A stretch of DNA of 63,955 nt, counting the filler, from Lenisia limosa (lineage: Eukaryota > Protista > Breviatea): the NCBI GenBank assembly GCA_001655205.1. It is 5 parts of 5 records of this genome, joined end to end, with 100 filler letters (N's around TTAATTAATTAA, not from the genome) between each part and the next. Parts side by side here need not be neighbours in the genome. Positions count along the whole stretch, not along the records: positions 59,905 to 62,301 come from LPNZ01000812.1; positions 62,402 to 63,955 come from LPNZ01002332.1; 3 more parts are not named here. One strand, written 5' to 3'. Shown here piece after piece: positions 61,189 through 63,955 of this stretch. The notes beneath the pieces are model-generated. The model was not told where the DNA came from. It was given only the letters and a program-made list of their open reading frames with translations, and made no database searches. Both the position numbers and the translations under genes were made by a program. Each line of letters starts with the position of its first letter. Position 1 is the stretch's first letter.

Positions 61189-62301
61189 TTGCCACAAATT
61201 TGTCCGTTTTAAATTGCAAAGAGATATTATTTCCAATTATACGCTGTTCACGCTGATTGTCATTCAGCTCACCCCCCACTTGGCAATTTTTCAGATTGCG
61301 TAGTACATGTAATTCTTCATTCTACATATAAGTTCAAGCTTTCAAGTGAGATGACCCTACATTTTGAATTATTTCAAAGATAAAATGTTGCTGCTCTTCT
61401 GAGGCTCGAAGCAACGGAAACAATGGGAACTGCAAAATAACAACAAAAGATGAACGTTTTGAAATGAAATTTCTGATTCTTATCATATTTCACAGCAATG
61501 AGTCAAATTTAACCCCCCCCCCGCCCCCTCTCATACTGGCTCTAAATGGGGAACAGGAAAATATTCTGTGACTGCTTGCATCAGAGCTGAGCGAAGTTGC
61601 CCGTTTGATATTAAGCCGTTTATGTAGTTATCAACAACAGCTTCAATAGCACGCCCATCATAGTTCTAGTTCGGTAAAGAGATATCATAAAAAGTGCAGG
61701 ATCATAAGTAGTTAATATTTTGCCACAACCCTATCACACCTTTTCATAAATTGAATGAAAAGTCGGGAGGTTGAGTTGCATGGAAAATGAGTCGAATGTC
61801 ATAGTTGTAGATGAACCCTACACATATTATTCAATTTTCCGAAATTATTCTGCCATTTGTAGCATTAAACAGTGTGCTACCTGATATACAAAGTCCATTT
61901 TAATATTTTCAAATTGGTGAGGGTGTTCCAGCACTAAAACAGTAAGAAAGGAACTGTCACGATGTATAGATGCATTTCGGTTAATGCGGTAAAAAAATAT
62001 CAACAGTTTCCGAGAACTTATCAAGATAGGAGGGGGGGGGGTCAGTATTGGAACCAATTGTGGAAGGAACTTGATACCTTGGTAGCATAGAATTTTTTAC
62101 GGATGTAAATAGAAAAATAATGAATAGCGGCACCTACCATCACTACTGCAAAGTAAATCGTTCAAAAGCTGAATTATTGTACACGGGCCAAGCACATTCT
62201 GAGAATAATGTGAATGAATAAGATATACTCTTCATTGAGGCACCAAAAAATAAACTTCGATACTGAACTATACCAAGCAAGATTGGGGGGGGGGGTATAA
62301 T

Positions 62302-62401
62302 NNNNNNNNNNNNNNNNNNNNNNNNNNNNNNNNNNNNNNNNNNNNTTAATTAATTAANNNNNNNNNNNNNNNNNNNNNNNNNNNNNNNNNNNNNNNNNNN
62401 N
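62302..62401. other. Artificial scaffold-joining linker
   Basis: 44 N + TTAATTAATTAA + 44 N. Confidence 0.95.
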
Positions 62402-63880
62402 AACGGAGCTGGTCAAATACGTAGTCGTCGTCGATATCTTGGCCAACCTCGTCGTCGAGGTGTTTGTAGACCCGTCCGTCGATGGACGCAATTGCCCCGA
62501 CTGGACCGGTCAGGGCATTTATGGTCTCAGTGCGCCTTTCCGCGACGGGCATCGCCTTCCACTCGCGATAGTTCTTGGCGCGGATAGCGCGGGCGCGGGG
62601 GTGGGCTGCGAGCTCAGGCGCAGGGTTGCGGTGCCTGGTTCGGGTCCGTTGGTGGTCTGGCGTGACTAGGTCGGGAGGAGGACGTTTTCCTGCGCCTCGG
62701 AGGAGGGAGGGCCCCTTACCGGCCCCAACCGCCGGGGGAGCGTCGTCGTTGGAGTCATCGTCGGAAAACTCGACGTCAGATTCAATGTCTTCGCCGGCTG
62801 GCTGGTCGGGCTGAATGAGCGTGTCGTCGTCGGACGGGGGTCTTCCGCTTCAATGTCACTGCAGTCACGTCTCGCAATGGGGAATGTCCGCCTCAGGTTC
62901 TTGTCGAAGACATGATCACCGGCGCCTTCAGGGTTGAGGCGGATGGCAATCGTTTGGAACGCAGCAAGGTGGTCAAAGTGCCGGTGTTTCTGGACGAGCA
63001 GAGAAAGGCCGACCTCGGTTATTTTGCTGAACTCAAGAAAGAGCTTCAAGGGTCAGTCGGGCCATGAGGCGGAAGACGGGCTCAAAGAGGACGGGTATCG
63101 GATAGGTCACACCCCAGAGGTGGATGTCATCTTCGTCCACCTCGAGGAGGAGTGCCTTGTAGAGGGCCTCGGTCAGCGACGGCCTGGCGGTGGGGTCCAG
63201 ACTCATCCGTTGGCCGCGGACGTAGAGGCGCGTGGTCTGCAGCAAGATCGGCCACTGGCCGCGGCGTACGCTGGACAAGCCAGTCGTCATTGCCGTTCAT
63301 GACGCGATACCGCCGCGCGAGCTCAGCGTTGTCGGCAATAAGGTCGTCGTCGCGGTCGGTCGGACACAGATGGGCAACAAACGACGCTAGAGCGGACAGG
63401 CCTTGTTCGGCGTCTTGCCACCCTCCAGCCGCTGCCTAATGGGTCTTTCAACCGGCGCTGGAACCATGGGCAGGCCAGAGGCGAGTCAACACCAGGGTCT
63501 CCCTGAGGGTCGAGACGGAGGCGGGGATACTGGAGGAGGTCCCNNNNNNNNNNNNNNNNNNNNNNNNNNNNNNNNNNNNNNNNNNNNNNNNNNNNNNNNN
63601 NNNNNNNNNNNNNNNNNNNNNNNNNNNNNNNNNNNNNNNNNNNNNNNNNNNNNNNNNNGCAGCCGATTTCGTCTCCAGCCGTCCGAAGATACGCGAAGTA
63701 GTCCATGACGTCAACCAAGGACGACTGCACAACGGTCTTCAGGGCCGCAATGGCGAGAGGGCGCCCGCAACAACGCTGGCGTCTCAGCAGTTGTTGCGGG
63801 TTGTCGGAAAGGATCCAATAGGCGCCTTACTGAAGGACGGAATACTGCCCACGGCACCGTACAAGGCGGAGGCAGTGTGA
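62402..63880 (-). pseudogene. GC-rich, intronless, decayed long ORF of unknown (possibly mobile or viral) origin
   Basis: Protein-like frames join through about 3 frameshifts and two internal stops; composition is much more GC-rich than the host genes. Confidence 0.55.
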
Positions 63881-63955
63881 CAATAGGTAAAGCTCCCAGG
63901 ACTTATGTCAGTGTATTTTGTTTTTCATATGATATAACACGCTTATACGGCTCAT

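Noticed and set aside
63400-63460. Alternative genetic code (TGA=Trp, TAG=Gln) to explain the internal stops
   Set aside because: Conserved host genes end in TAA, TAG (La) and TGA (golgin), and the same ORF also has frameshifts, which points to decay.

Overview
AT-rich, intron-dense nuclear DNA from a unicellular eukaryote (lineage not assignable from this window). It uses canonical GT-AG introns down to about 30 nt and standard stop codons. It is not one locus: four 100-bp linkers (44 N + TTAATTAATTAA + 44 N) join five unrelated scaffolds (1-29060, 29161-40656, 40757-59804, 59905-62301, 62402-63955). Genes were rebuilt by eye across introns, so exon limits are approximate. Recognisable genes: FIS1 tail, a two-HMG-box protein (second box YABBY-like), a RING-pseudokinase, a YbaK-family deacylase, a two-TM class III cyclase, TBCCD1, an EF-hand two-pore channel, SMC2, a DMT/SLC35-like transporter, La/SSB, DYNLRB, H2A.X and a GRAB-domain golgin, plus several unknown genes. 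Mobile DNA includes two hAT-type MITE families, a Tc1/mariner-type MITE, a TTAA-flanked Kolobok-like MITE and a 1.2-kb TIR element carrying a decayed spliced gene. The last scaffold holds a GC-rich, intronless, decayed ORF of unknown origin. Other patterns: recurrent 25-36 bp tandem duplications at splice sites and about 20 poly-G/C tracts. No CRISPR, rRNA or convincing tRNA. Nothing here is shown to be a new system; the best leads are ranked in the findings.
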